Source of the DNA: Anaeromyxobacteraceae bacterium
GTDB lineage: Bacteria; Myxococcota; Myxococcia; Myxococcales; Anaeromyxobacteraceae
NCBI GenBank assembly: GCA_032654565.1
Contig: JAULAX010000015.1
Location: 768,001 to 832,000 of the forward strand
Length of the DNA: 64,000 bases
Reading direction: 5' to 3'
Shown here one piece after another: positions 29,126-38,762 of this stretch (positions are counted from its first letter, which is position 1; each line of letters begins with the position of its first letter). The notes under the pieces were generated by a model. The model made no database searches and was not told where the DNA came from. It saw only the letters and a program-made list of their open reading frames with translations. Both the position numbers and the translations under genes were made by a program.

Positions 29126-30430
29126 CTAACCCTTGAACCCGGCCAGCGCCGCCTTCACGAACCGCGACTGGACCTGCTCGCTGGCCATCACCGGCGCCGC
29201 GCCGGGCAGGTTGGTGAGCGCCCGCACCGCGTGGTGAAGGAAGCGGCTCCCCCCGCCCGCCCCCTCGTCGAAGAGCAGGTCAGCCAGCCGGCCGCGCTCG
29301 ATGGCCATGCGCACCATCCGCTCCACGGCGTTGGCCGGCACGTGCCGCGGCGCGCCCCCCGGCTCCATCTTCAACGATCCCTTGTGGCAGGCCGTGGCGC
29401 AGACGCCGCAGCCGATGCAGCGCTCGCCGTCGATGCGCGGCGCCAGCCCGTTCTTCGGCTTCCCGGCGGCCCGCTCCGGCACCATCTCGATGGCCGCCAC
29501 CGGGCAGGCCCGGGCGCAGCGCGAGCAGCCGCTGCAGGTGGCCTCATCGCGGCGCGGCGCGAAGCCGCTGGGGTTGACCGAGGCCAGCCCCCAGCGGTTG
29601 GCCCCCTGCAGCTGCTCGCAGCAGCAGCCGCAGCAGTTGCAGACGAAGGTGGGCCGGTGCTGGACGTTGTCGGCGATCTGCACCAGCCCGGCCTCGCGCG
29701 AGCGGGCCAGCAGCTCCAGCGCCTCGCTCCGCTCCACGGCCCGGCCGAAGCCGCGCCGGATGACGAACTCGGCCCCCCCGTTCACCGAGAGGCAGTTGTC
29801 CATGGGGGCGTCGCAGGCCTGGCCGAGGTGCTCGGCCTTGTGCCGGCAGTAGCAGAGCGACACCGCCCAGGCCCGCGCCTCGCCGATCACCTCGGTGGCC
29901 CGCTGCCACCCCAGCACCTCGGGGAGCGGGTCCTCGACCAGCGCCGGCTCGTGGACCAGGGCGCGCCCGATCACCGTGCCGCCGCCGAGCGCGTCGCGGG
30001 CGAAGGCCGGGTCACCGTGGGTGTAGGCGTGGAGCGCCTCGGCCATGCGCTTCTTGGGCACCGAGTCGGCGGCCCGCATCAGCGAGTACTCGAAGAAGCC
30101 CACCACCGGCGGCGAGAGGAACCAGGCGGTGGTGCCGGTCCTGGCGTGGACCAGGTCCATCACCAGCCCCTTGTCGGCCATCACCTCCAGCCGCGGCCGC
30201 AGCGCTTCGGCCGGGATCCCCACCCGCGCCGAGAGCTTCTCCAGCGACATGGGGCGCACCGGCAGCCGGGCCGCCAGGGCCGCCTCCTCGGGCGTGTAGA
30301 GGATCTCCAGGATCTCCTGCCACCCGGCACGCGCGGCCGGATCGTCCGGCTCCGGGTAGGCCACCGGCCCGGCCTGCAGCCGGTCGGCGAGGTCGCGGTA
30401 CTCCGTCTTCAGGCGGCCGAGGTGTCCCAT
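29126..30430 (-). CDS. 4Fe-4S dicluster protein with N-terminal HTH-like region
   Basis: CYCR, CNCCGCCC, CSGCSRCARACP, CIGCGVCATAC. Confidence 0.88.
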   Translation of the reverse strand: MGHLGRLKTEYRDLADRLQAGPVAYPEPDDPAARAGWQEILEILYTPEEAALAARLPVRPMSLEKLSARVGIPAEALRPRLEVMADKGLVMDLVHARTGTTAWFLSPPVVGFFEYSLMRAADSVPKKRMAEALHAYTHGDPAFARDALGGGTVIGRALVHEPALVEDPLPEVLGWQRATEVIGEARAWAVSLCYCRHKAEHLGQACDAPMDNCLSVNGGAEFVIRRGFGRAVERSEALELLARSREAGLVQIADNVQHRPTFVCNCCGCCCEQLQGANRWGLASVNPSGFAPRRDEATCSGCSRCARACPVAAIEMVPERAAGKPKNGLAPRIDGERCIGCGVCATACHKGSLKMEPGGAPRHVPANAVERMVRMAIERGRLADLLFDEGAGGGSRFLHHAVRALTNLPGAAPVMASEQVQSRFVKAALAGFKG

Positions 30431-30935
30431 GGACCACCGTTACCACGCGGGGAATGGACGCGGGGCGGCTACCGGCGCCCGGGCAGGCCCGCCCGTGCGG
30501 CCAGGCGTCGGCCTGCGACGGAGTGCGCCCCGCTCCGTCGCGCGCCGCTCGCCGGGTTCAGCGCCCCCGGGACTGGAAGGCGCGCCCCGCCTCCTCCCGC
30601 TGCGCCGCCACGGCGGCGACGCAGAGCTGGATCGACTCAGGCGCCTGGCGAGGGACCGGGCCATGGCCGAGCTCTTCACGGCGCGGGCTCGAAGAAGGCA
30701 CAGGCCCCGAGGACGAAGGAGGAGACACGACGCGGCTCGTCTCGGCCCGTGCGCCTCCCCGGGCTCCGGGAGGCACCCGCACCCAGAGCATGGTGAGCGG
30801 GTGGCGGGATGGCCAGCCTGAGCGATGGGACGGCCGGGAAGTCCGATCACGCGGTGCGGCGTACTCCGGGCGAACCCGCCAGGGCCCCGGACCAGCTCCG
30901 GCAGGCCCCCGAGAGGACCCCCGGCGCTGCGCCGG

Positions 30936-32789
30936 CTACCGCGCGAAGAGCTGCACCACGCCGGTGGTGAGGAAGGGCATGTAGGTGATGGCCAGCACGC
31001 CCACCGACATGATGATCAGGAAGGGGAAGGCGTTGCGGTAGAGCTGCGGCAGCGGCTTGCGGAAACGCTGCGCCGAGAGGAAGAGGTTGAGCCCCATGGG
31101 CGGGAAGAGGAAGCCCAGCTCCAGGTTGGCCAGGAAGACCACCCCGAGGTGGATGGGGTCGATGCCGTAGGCCACCCCCAACGGCGCCACCAGCGGCGCC
31201 AGCACCACGATGGCCGAGTAGATCTCCAGCACGCTCCCCAGCACCAGCAGCACGCCGTTGAGCATCAGCAGGAAGAGGGCCGGGCTGTGGACGTGGGTGG
31301 TCATCCACTCCACCAGCTGGGTGGGGATCTCGGCGTCGACGAACCAGCTGGTGACGCCGAGCGCGGTGCCGAGCAGCAGCACCACCGAGCCGACCAGGGT
31401 GGCGGCGCTGGAGAGGACGCCGGGCAGGTCGCGGAACGGCTTGATCTCCCGGAAGATGACCAGCTCGACGAGGATGGAGTAGGCCGCCGCCAGCGCCGAG
31501 GCCTCCACCACCGTGGCGTAGCCGCCCCCCACCGAGACCACCACCAGCAGCGGCAGGCCGAGGTCCCACTTGGCGTCCCACAGCGCCCGCCCCGCCTCGC
31601 GCGGGTCGAAGGCCTGGCGCGGGGCGCCGGAGCGGACGCCCATCCAGACCCCGTAGGCGGCCACCAGCAGGATCATCAGCAGCCCGGGGAGCAGCCCCCC
31701 GATGAACAGCTGGTCGATGGCGGCGCCGGCCACCACCGCGTAGAGGATGACCGGCAGTGAAGGCGGGAAGAGCAGCCCCAGCGAGCCGGAGGCGGTCACC
31801 AGGCCGAGCGAGAAGCCCTCCGGGTACTTGTCCTCGAGCAGCGCCGGCAGCAGCAGCCCGCCCACCGCCAGGATGGTGACGCCGGAGGCGCCGGTGAAGG
31901 TGGTGAAGACGGCGCAGACCATGGTGGCCATCACCGCCACGCCGCCGGGCATCCAGCCGAACATCCCCTTGTAGGCGCGCACCAGCCGCCGGGCCGCGCC
32001 GCCCTCGGCCAGCACGTACCCGGCCACGGTGAGCAGCGGGATGGCCGGCAGGGTGGAGGAGGAGACCAGGTTGAAGGTGGCGGTGGGGACGGCGGCGATG
32101 GCCCCGGCCCCGCCGTCGCGGAAGAAGAGCGCCATGGCCACGCCGCTCATGGCCACGAAGACCGGGGCGCCCACCAGGAAGGCCAGCAGCGTCAGCAGCA
32201 GCAGCACCATCACCAGCATCGGGGTCGGGGTGGCCTGGCCGAGCAGGAAGATGGCGGGGATGGACGCCAGGGCCACGCCGCGCGGCACCCAGCACCAGGC
32301 CCCCTGCTTGAGCGGGCAGGCGCCGGCCATCCAGGCGAAGCGGAGCGCCATCACCGCGAAGCCGAGCGGCATCACCAGCTGGCTCCAGGCCACCCGGATG
32401 CCGAAGGCCACCTCGCCGTGGCTGCCCCACTCCACCTCGACCAGCTTGATGGAGGCCCAGGTGAGCAGGGCGCAGGCGGCGGTGCTGGCGATCTGGCCGA
32501 AGGCGTGGAGGGCGCGCCGCAGCGGCCCGTCGGGCAGCACGCCCAGGGTGGAGAGGCCGAGGTGGCGCTCCGAGGCGGTGGCCAGCAGGGCCCCGAGGAA
32601 GCCGACCCAGAGGGTGATGTGCTGGGCCAGCACCGAGGCGCCGGGGAGGTCGCGGCCGAGGAAGCGGCGGGCCAGCGTCGAGGCGGCCGGCAGCGCGATC
32701 ATGGCCAGCAGCAGCACGGTGACCAGCGCCCGCTCGACGCGGGTGCCGGGCTTGACGGCGGAGGTCTCGGAAGGGATCGCGGTGGTCAC
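30936..32789 (-). CDS. TRAP transporter fused small+large permease (DctQ-DctM)
   Basis: LWVGFLGA...ERHL (DctQ-like), LPAIPL, FTGAS, GSLGLLFPPSLP, GIDPIHLG, PPMGLNLF; start approximate. Confidence 0.9.
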   Translation of the reverse strand: MTTAIPSETSAVKPGTRVERALVTVLLLAMIALPAASTLARRFLGRDLPGASVLAQHITLWVGFLGALLATASERHLGLSTLGVLPDGPLRRALHAFGQIASTAACALLTWASIKLVEVEWGSHGEVAFGIRVAWSQLVMPLGFAVMALRFAWMAGACPLKQGAWCWVPRGVALASIPAIFLLGQATPTPMLVMVLLLLTLLAFLVGAPVFVAMSGVAMALFFRDGGAGAIAAVPTATFNLVSSSTLPAIPLLTVAGYVLAEGGAARRLVRAYKGMFGWMPGGVAVMATMVCAVFTTFTGASGVTILAVGGLLLPALLEDKYPEGFSLGLVTASGSLGLLFPPSLPVILYAVVAGAAIDQLFIGGLLPGLLMILLVAAYGVWMGVRSGAPRQAFDPREAGRALWDAKWDLGLPLLVVVSVGGGYATVVEASALAAAYSILVELVIFREIKPFRDLPGVLSSAATLVGSVVLLLGTALGVTSWFVDAEIPTQLVEWMTTHVHSPALFLLMLNGVLLVLGSVLEIYSAIVVLAPLVAPLGVAYGIDPIHLGVVFLANLELGFLFPPMGLNLFLSAQRFRKPLPQLYRNAFPFLIIMSVGVLAITYMPFLTTGVVQLFAR

Positions 32790-32860
32790 GGGGAGTAGTA
32801 TTTGACCCCCGCCCGGCGGGGAGCTTATGAGTACCATGAACTCCGCGGGGGAAGAGCGCC

Positions 32861-33772
32861 ATGCACCGTCCCACCCGCCTCGCCATCGCCGCCGTCCTGC
32901 TGGTCACCGCACAGGGCTGCACCGGGCTGGCGGCCCGGGTGGCCGCCAACGCCCTGACCTCGGGGGGCGACACCTACGCCACCGACGACGACCCGGAGCT
33001 GGTCCGCGACGCCGTCCCCTTCGGCCTGAAGACCATGGAGGCGGTCCTCGCCTCCGACCCCAGGAACGAGCACCTGCTGCTGGCCCTCTGCAGCGGCTAC
33101 ACCCAGTACGCCTACGCCTTCGTGGCCACCGCCGCCGACACCGCCGATCTCGAGGGGCGGCTGGCCGAGTCGAAGGCGCTCCGGGCCCGGGCCCGGCGGC
33201 TCTTCCTGCGGGCCCGCGACTACGGCCTGCGCGGGCTCGACGAGCAGCGCGACGGCCTGGGCGGCCGGCTCCGCACCCTGCGCGACCTGCCCGGCCTGCT
33301 GGCCAAGGCGCGGGAGCAGGACGTCCCCCACCTCTCCTGGACCGCCTCGGCCTGGACGCTGGCCATCGTCAACGGCAAGGCGGACCTCGGGCTGGTGGCC
33401 GAGCTGCCCGCCCCCATCGCCATGATGGAGCGGGCGCTGGCCCTCGACGAGGCCTGGGGCGAGGGCTCGCTCCACGAGTTCTTCGTCTCCTACGACGCCA
33501 CCCGCACCGAGCGTGAGGGAGGCGGCGCCACCCGGGTGCGGGCCCACCTCGACCGGGCCCTGGCGCTCTCCGGGAATCAGAAGCTGGGCCCGCGGGTTGC
33601 ACTGGCCGAGGGGCTGCTGGTGCAGACCCAGGACCGGGCCGGCTTCACCGCCACCCTCGAGGAGGTGCTGAAGGCCGACCTCGACGCCGCGCCGAAGTAC
33701 CGCCTCGTCAACACCCTGGCCCAGCGTCGCGCCCGGCTGCTGCTCGACCACGTCGACGACCTCTTCCTCTAA
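32861..33772 (+). CDS. TRAP transporter T-component lipoprotein (TatT family)
   Basis: Lipobox AQGC, DDDPELVRDAVPFGLKTME, YTQYAYAF, C-terminal NTLAQRRARLLL...LFL; adjacent to TRAP genes. Confidence 0.85.
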   Translation: MHRPTRLAIAAVLLVTAQGCTGLAARVAANALTSGGDTYATDDDPELVRDAVPFGLKTMEAVLASDPRNEHLLLALCSGYTQYAYAFVATAADTADLEGRLAESKALRARARRLFLRARDYGLRGLDEQRDGLGGRLRTLRDLPGLLAKAREQDVPHLSWTASAWTLAIVNGKADLGLVAELPAPIAMMERALALDEAWGEGSLHEFFVSYDATRTEREGGGATRVRAHLDRALALSGNQKLGPRVALAEGLLVQTQDRAGFTATLEEVLKADLDAAPKYRLVNTLAQRRARLLLDHVDDLFL

Positions 33773-34967
33773 ACCAGAGTTCGTGAATCGCGATCAACGG
33801 CAAGGCCGCGGAGCGCAGAAGGAAAGTTGAAAGGGAAGGACAACCCATCGATCGTTGGGGTTACGAGGCCACCAACGTCCATGGAGGAGCCCTTCCCGTG
33901 CACACCATACCGCGGCTCGATCGTGCCGCGCGACGTCGACTGATTCACCGAAGCAAGAAGACCCGAGACCACCACACCGCCCTCCGCTACCTCATGATCG
34001 CCAAGCTCGGACAGGGACTTTCCAGGCAGCAGGTCGCTCGCGACCTGGCGTGTGCCCCGTCCACGGTCGTGAAGGCGGCCAAGCGATTCGCCGAGGCTGG
34101 CGAGGAGGGGCTCACGGACCAGCGCGCCTTCAACGGAACGGCCAAGGTCGACGTGCGCTTCACCGAACAGTTGGAGCGAGTGCTGTACTCGGTGCCCACC
34201 GAGTTCGGCTGGGAACGGCCGACCTGGACGCGTGAGCTGCTCGGCCTCGAGATGGTCCGGCGGGGCTTCCCGAAGGTCGCGGTCTGCACCATCGGACGAG
34301 CGCTCTCGGCCATCGGCGCGCGGCTCAAGGCCCCGCGGCCGATCGTGCTCTGCCCGTGGGATCGGCAGCGCCGGCTGCGGGTTCTGCGTGCCATCCGCCA
34401 GCTGGCGGCCAACGCCACCGAGGCCGAGCCGGTCTTCTTCGAGGACGAGATGGACGTCCATCTCAACCCGAAGATCGGTCGCGACTGGATGCCCCGCGAC
34501 TACCGTCGGGTGATCGTCACGCCCGGAAAGAACAAGAAGCGCTTCGTCGCCGGCGCGCTCAATGCCGCCACCGGCCGGGTCACCTTTGTCGAGGCCAAGT
34601 CCAAGGCCAGCGACCTCTTCTGCAAGCTGGTCTGGAAGCTCGCCACCGAGTACCGCAAGGCGAAGCGGATCCACCTCATCGTCGACAACTACATCATCCA
34701 CTCCAGCAAGAAGACGCAGCGCTTCCTCTCCCAGTTCGGCGACCGAGTGGCGCTCCACTTCCTTCCTCCGTACTGCCCGAACGACAACCGGATCGAGCGC
34801 GTCTGGCTCGACCTGCACGCCAACGTCACGCGCAATCACCGCTGCAAGTCGATCGAGGAACTGATGGTCCACGTCTTCGCCTTCTTGCGCGGCTACAACC
34901 GCCGCGCCAAGCTCAACCCTTCACTCAGACTCGCGACCGCTGTTTCCGGATCGCGATCGGTCGTTTA
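33770..34967 (+). mobile_element. IS630-family insertion sequence including its TA target duplication
   Basis: TA at 33770-33771 and 34966-34967, imperfect terminal IRs starting TAAAC, reconstructed empty site CTAG, lower GC than flanks. Confidence 0.9.
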
Positions 34968-34968
34968 G
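33898..34968 (+). CDS. IS630 DDE transposase
   Basis: N-terminal HTH, FEDEMDVHLNPKIG, IVDNYIIH, LPPYCPNDNRIERVW; single uninterrupted ORF. Confidence 0.93.
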   Translation: MHTIPRLDRAARRRLIHRSKKTRDHHTALRYLMIAKLGQGLSRQQVARDLACAPSTVVKAAKRFAEAGEEGLTDQRAFNGTAKVDVRFTEQLERVLYSVPTEFGWERPTWTRELLGLEMVRRGFPKVAVCTIGRALSAIGARLKAPRPIVLCPWDRQRRLRVLRAIRQLAANATEAEPVFFEDEMDVHLNPKIGRDWMPRDYRRVIVTPGKNKKRFVAGALNAATGRVTFVEAKSKASDLFCKLVWKLATEYRKAKRIHLIVDNYIIHSSKKTQRFLSQFGDRVALHFLPPYCPNDNRIERVWLDLHANVTRNHRCKSIEELMVHVFAFLRGYNRRAKLNPSLRLATAVSGSRSVV

Positions 34969-34998
34969 CACCCGCAGTCCCCCCGCAAGGAGAACCCC

Positions 34999-35991
34999 GT
35001 GAAGAAGCTCGTCTTCGCCGCGCTCGCCGCCCTGGTCGCCTCGACCGCGCAGGCCCAGGTCACCATCAAGCTGGGGACCCTGGCGCCGGCCGGCTCGACC
35101 TGGCACGAGATCCTCAAGGAGATGGGGCAGCGCTGGGAGCAGGCCTCGGGCGGGCAGGTGAAGCTGCGGGTCTACGCCGGCGGCACCCAGGGGAGCGAGG
35201 GGGACATGGTCCGCAAGATGGGGATCGGCCAGCTGCAGGCCGGCTCCCTCTCCAACATCGGCATGCACGACATCCTCCCCGAGCCGCAGATGCTCTCGCT
35301 GCCCATGTTCTTCAGCGACGAGGCCGACGTCGAGTGCACCTTCCAGAAGATGCGGGCGCGGCTGGAGACGGCCTTCGAGGCCAGCAACTACGTGGTGCTG
35401 CAGTGGAGCCGCATCGGCGCCATGTCGATGTTCTGCGACAAGCCCTACCGCACCCCGGCCGAGATGGCGGCGGCCAACGCCAAGGTCTTCGCCTGGGAGG
35501 GCGACCCCAAGAGCGTCGACGCCTGGCGGGCCTCCGGCTTCCGCCCGGTGGTCCTCTCCTCCACCGACGTGGTGCCGTCGCTGCAGACCGGGATGATCAA
35601 CTGCGTCACCAACGTGCCGCTCTACATCCTCACCACCCGGCTCTTCGAGAAGGCCGACTACATGGTCGACCTGCCGTGGGGCTTCATCTACGGCGCCACC
35701 ATCGTGCGCAAGGACGCCTGGCTGAAGATCGCCCCCGAGCTGCGCACCCGGCTGCAGGCCATCGCCGTCGAGCTGGGCGCCAAGGTGGACGCCGAGGTGC
35801 GCAGGCTCAACGTCGACGCCGTCGCCGCCATGAGGAAGCAGGGGCTGCAGGTGGTGAGCGTCGAGGCCCGGCCGTGGCGCGAGGTGATGGAGAAGGCCTG
35901 GCCGGTGGTGCGCGGCGGGGTGGTGCCGGCCGCCTTCTTCGACGAGGTCAAGGCGGCGCGCGACCAGTGCCGGGCCGGGAAGAAGAAGTAG
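34999..35991 (+). CDS. dctP: TRAP transporter substrate-binding protein
   Basis: Signal peptide, IKLGTLAPAGSTW, YAGGTQGSE, SLQTGMI; RBS AAGGAG. Confidence 0.88.
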   Translation: MKKLVFAALAALVASTAQAQVTIKLGTLAPAGSTWHEILKEMGQRWEQASGGQVKLRVYAGGTQGSEGDMVRKMGIGQLQAGSLSNIGMHDILPEPQMLSLPMFFSDEADVECTFQKMRARLETAFEASNYVVLQWSRIGAMSMFCDKPYRTPAEMAAANAKVFAWEGDPKSVDAWRASGFRPVVLSSTDVVPSLQTGMINCVTNVPLYILTTRLFEKADYMVDLPWGFIYGATIVRKDAWLKIAPELRTRLQAIAVELGAKVDAEVRRLNVDAVAAMRKQGLQVVSVEARPWREVMEKAWPVVRGGVVPAAFFDEVKAARDQCRAGKKK

Positions 35992-36023
35992 CCCGGCCGG
36001 CCGCGCCGGGCGCTCCCGTCCGG

Positions 36024-36563
36024 TCAGTGCTTGTCGCTGGCGTGGGTCAGCTTGAGGGCGAGGCCGATGAGGGCCGTGGCCCCGGCCATGTAGAGCAGGT
36101 CGATCGGCGTCGCGGTCTTCACCGAGATGACCCGCTCGAAGAAGGCCACCACCAGCATGAGCATGATCACCTTGCCCAGCCGGTTCTTGAGGTCGTCGAG
36201 GCTGCGGATGAGGAGCAGGTTCTCCGCCCCCTCGCCCTGGCGCGCCGGCTCCAGCCTGGAGACGAAGAGCTCGTAGAGGCCGAGGGCGAAGATCAGCAAG
36301 ATGGCCGCCAGCAGGTAGGCGTCGATGATCTCGATGACGTGCCCCACCGACTCCTGCTTCAGCTGGGCGCGCGCCGCCCGCTCCATCGCCGGGGAGGCGT
36401 AGCTCATCAGGTGGCTGGCCATGAGCACGGTATCCACCGAGGCCATCCAGAACACGGCCAGCGAGGCCACCAGGCTGCCGAACACCGCCAGCAGCACCAC
36501 GTAGCGCATGCTCCAGAGGGCCTTCTCGGCTCGCCGCTCAAAGCCGGTACCCGGCTGCTCCAT
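36024..36563 (-). CDS. YqhA/UPF0114 family membrane protein
   Basis: [37 protein letters not shown]. Confidence 0.85.
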   Translation of the reverse strand: MEQPGTGFERRAEKALWSMRYVVLLAVFGSLVASLAVFWMASVDTVLMASHLMSYASPAMERAARAQLKQESVGHVIEIIDAYLLAAILLIFALGLYELFVSRLEPARQGEGAENLLLIRSLDDLKNRLGKVIMLMLVVAFFERVISVKTATPIDLLYMAGATALIGLALKLTHASDKH

Positions 36564-36766
36564 CCCCGTCCTCCCGGCTCGCCGGCGGCCTCGCCCGCGG
36601 AGCGGGGAATCATAGCGGACCGCTCCGAACCGGGCCAGCTGGCCGGCTCACCCCTGCCTCCCTCGAGCTCCGGGCGGCTCAGGGCCCCCCCGGGAGCTGG
36701 CGGGTGGAGCGCGACCGCGGCGCGCGCGGTGGCCGCCCGCTAGAATCACCAGGGAGGACCTGGACC

Positions 36767-37705
36767 ATGGCGCGCTGGCGACCCGACATGAAGGAGTCCG
36801 AGGCGACGCCGGAGCGGCTCTGGCTGCGCCGGCGCGACTTCCTCAAGCTGGGCGCGGCCGGGGCGCTGGGGCTGGCCGGGCTGGGGCGGGCCGCGGCCGG
36901 CGAGCCGAGCGGGGCCGCGCTGCCGGTGGCCAGGCGGGTGGCGCTGGCCGGCGGCGAGACCCCCACCCCCTGGGACGACGTCACCAGCTACAACAACTTC
37001 TACGAGCTGGGGACCGACAAGGCCGACCCGGCCCAGCGCGCCGGCACGCTCCGGCCGCGCCCCTGGACGGTGACCGTCGACGGCGAGGTGAAGAGGCCGC
37101 TCACCCTCGACGTCGACGCGCTCATCAAGCGCTTCCCGCCGGAGGAGCGGCTCTACCGGATGCGCTGCGTCGAGGCCTGGTCGATGGTGATCCCCTGGGA
37201 CGGCTTCCCGCTCGGCGACCTGCTCCGCCAGGTGGAGCCGACCTCGCGGGCCAGGTTCGTCGCCTTCCAGACGCTCCTCGACCCGGTCCAGCTCCCCGGC
37301 CAGCGGCGCGCCGTGCTCGACTGGCCCTACGTGGAGGGGCTGCGCATCGACGAGGCCACCCACCCGCTGACGCTGCTGGCGGTCGGGCTCTACGGCCGGG
37401 TCCTGCCCGGGCAGAACGGGGCGCCGCTGCGGCTGGTGGTGCCGTGGAAGTACGGCTTCAAGGGGGTGAAGTCGATCGTCCGCATCACCCTCACCGAGCG
37501 CCAGCCGCCCACCAGCTGGAGCCGGCTGGCGCCGTCGGAGTACGGCTTCTACGGCAACGTCGACCCCGAGGTGGACCACCCGCGCTGGAGCCAGGCCCGG
37601 GAGCGGCGCATCGGCGAGTTCCTCAAGCGCAAGACGCTCCCCTTCAACGGCTACCCCGAGGTGGCCCCGCTCTACGCCGGCCTCGATCCGCGGAAGCTCT
37701 ACTGA
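36767..37705 (+). CDS. msrP: Protein-methionine-sulfoxide reductase catalytic subunit
   Basis: Tat motif [39 protein letters not shown]. Confidence 0.95.
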   Translation: MARWRPDMKESEATPERLWLRRRDFLKLGAAGALGLAGLGRAAAGEPSGAALPVARRVALAGGETPTPWDDVTSYNNFYELGTDKADPAQRAGTLRPRPWTVTVDGEVKRPLTLDVDALIKRFPPEERLYRMRCVEAWSMVIPWDGFPLGDLLRQVEPTSRARFVAFQTLLDPVQLPGQRRAVLDWPYVEGLRIDEATHPLTLLAVGLYGRVLPGQNGAPLRLVVPWKYGFKGVKSIVRITLTERQPPTSWSRLAPSEYGFYGNVDPEVDHPRWSQARERRIGEFLKRKTLPFNGYPEVAPLYAGLDPRKLY

Positions 37706-37707
37706 CC

Positions 37708-38295
37708 GTGAACGGTCCGGCCCGGCGGCGGTGGGTGAAGGCGGCGGGGTGGGGCCTGGCCCTGGCGCCGCTGGCGCTGCTGGCCGCCGACGCCCTCGGT
37801 CGCCGGCTCGGCGCCAACCCCATCGAGGCGGTGCTCAACCGGCTCGGCTTCTGGACCCTCACCTTCCTCACCCTCTCGCTGGTGCCCACCCCGCTCCACC
37901 GCTGGACCGGGCTGGCCTGGCCGCTCGCCCTGCGGCGGCTCCTCGGGGTCACCGCCTTCGCCTACGCGGCGCTCCACTTCACCTGGTACCTCGGCGTCGA
38001 CCAGTTCTTCGACCTGCGGGTGGTGGCGGCCGACGTGGTGAAGCGCCCCTTCATCACCGTCGGCTTCGCGGCGCTGCTGCTGCTCCTGCCGCTGGCCGTG
38101 ACCTCCACCGACGGCTGGGTGCGCCGCCTCGGCTTCGCCCGGTGGAAGGCGCTGCACCGGCTGGCCTACGGGGCGGCGCTGCTCGGCCTCGTCCACTTCG
38201 CCTGGCGGGTCAAGGCCGACCGGCTCAAGCCCACGCTCTTCGCGGCGGCGGTGGCGGCCCTGCTGCTGCTCCGGCTCCGGCGGCGGCCGACCTGA
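37708..38295 (+). CDS. msrQ: Heme-binding membrane subunit of MsrPQ
   Basis: LGANPIE, RRLLG, KRPFITVGF, LAVTST, WKALHRLAY. Confidence 0.93.
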   Translation: MNGPARRRWVKAAGWGLALAPLALLAADALGRRLGANPIEAVLNRLGFWTLTFLTLSLVPTPLHRWTGLAWPLALRRLLGVTAFAYAALHFTWYLGVDQFFDLRVVAADVVKRPFITVGFAALLLLLPLAVTSTDGWVRRLGFARWKALHRLAYGAALLGLVHFAWRVKADRLKPTLFAAAVAALLLLRLRRRPT

Positions 38296-38298
38296 GGC

Positions 38299-38670
38299 TC
38301 AGCGCCGCCGGTGGGCCTCGACCACCGCCAGCAGCTGGTCGATGTCGAAGGGCTTGGGCATGACCGCCTGGGGCGGGGGCAGGTCGGGGCGCTCCTCGGA
38401 GCCCGGGGTGGCGGAGAGGACCACCACCGGGATGCCGGCCAGCCGCGGGTCGGCCAGCTGGGCGCGGCGGAACTCCAGCCCGTTCATCACCGGCATCATC
38501 ATGTCGAGCAGGATGAGCGCGGGGTCGGCGCCGGCCTCCAGCACCCGCATCGCCTCCTCGCCGTTGCCGGCGCAGGTCACGGTGAACCCCTCCCGCTCCA
38601 GGAGCAGGGAGACCGCCCCCTGGATGGAGGGATCGTCCTCGACCAGCAGGATGTGACAGGGCGTGGGCAC
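38299..38670 (-). CDS. Single-domain response regulator
   Basis: LLVEDD, ILLDMMMPVMNG, KPF. Confidence 0.9.
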   Translation of the reverse strand: MPTPCHILLVEDDPSIQGAVSLLLEREGFTVTCAGNGEEAMRVLEAGADPALILLDMMMPVMNGLEFRRAQLADPRLAGIPVVVLSATPGSEERPDLPPPQAVMPKPFDIDQLLAVVEAHRRR

Positions 38671-38762
38671 GCCAGCGAACTATTGACCAGATCGGCGCCG
38701 GGGAGGCCATCCATTCGGGGCGGTTCGTTGACACCCCCCCGCGCGGGCAGTAAACGCGATCC

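Larger units (their letters stand above)
27872..29126. mobile_element. RAYT/HUH element bounded by inverted repeats
   Basis: gtcccgaccgag (27872-27883) and its exact reverse complement ctcggtcgggac (29115-29126) enclose the HUH gene. Confidence 0.6.
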
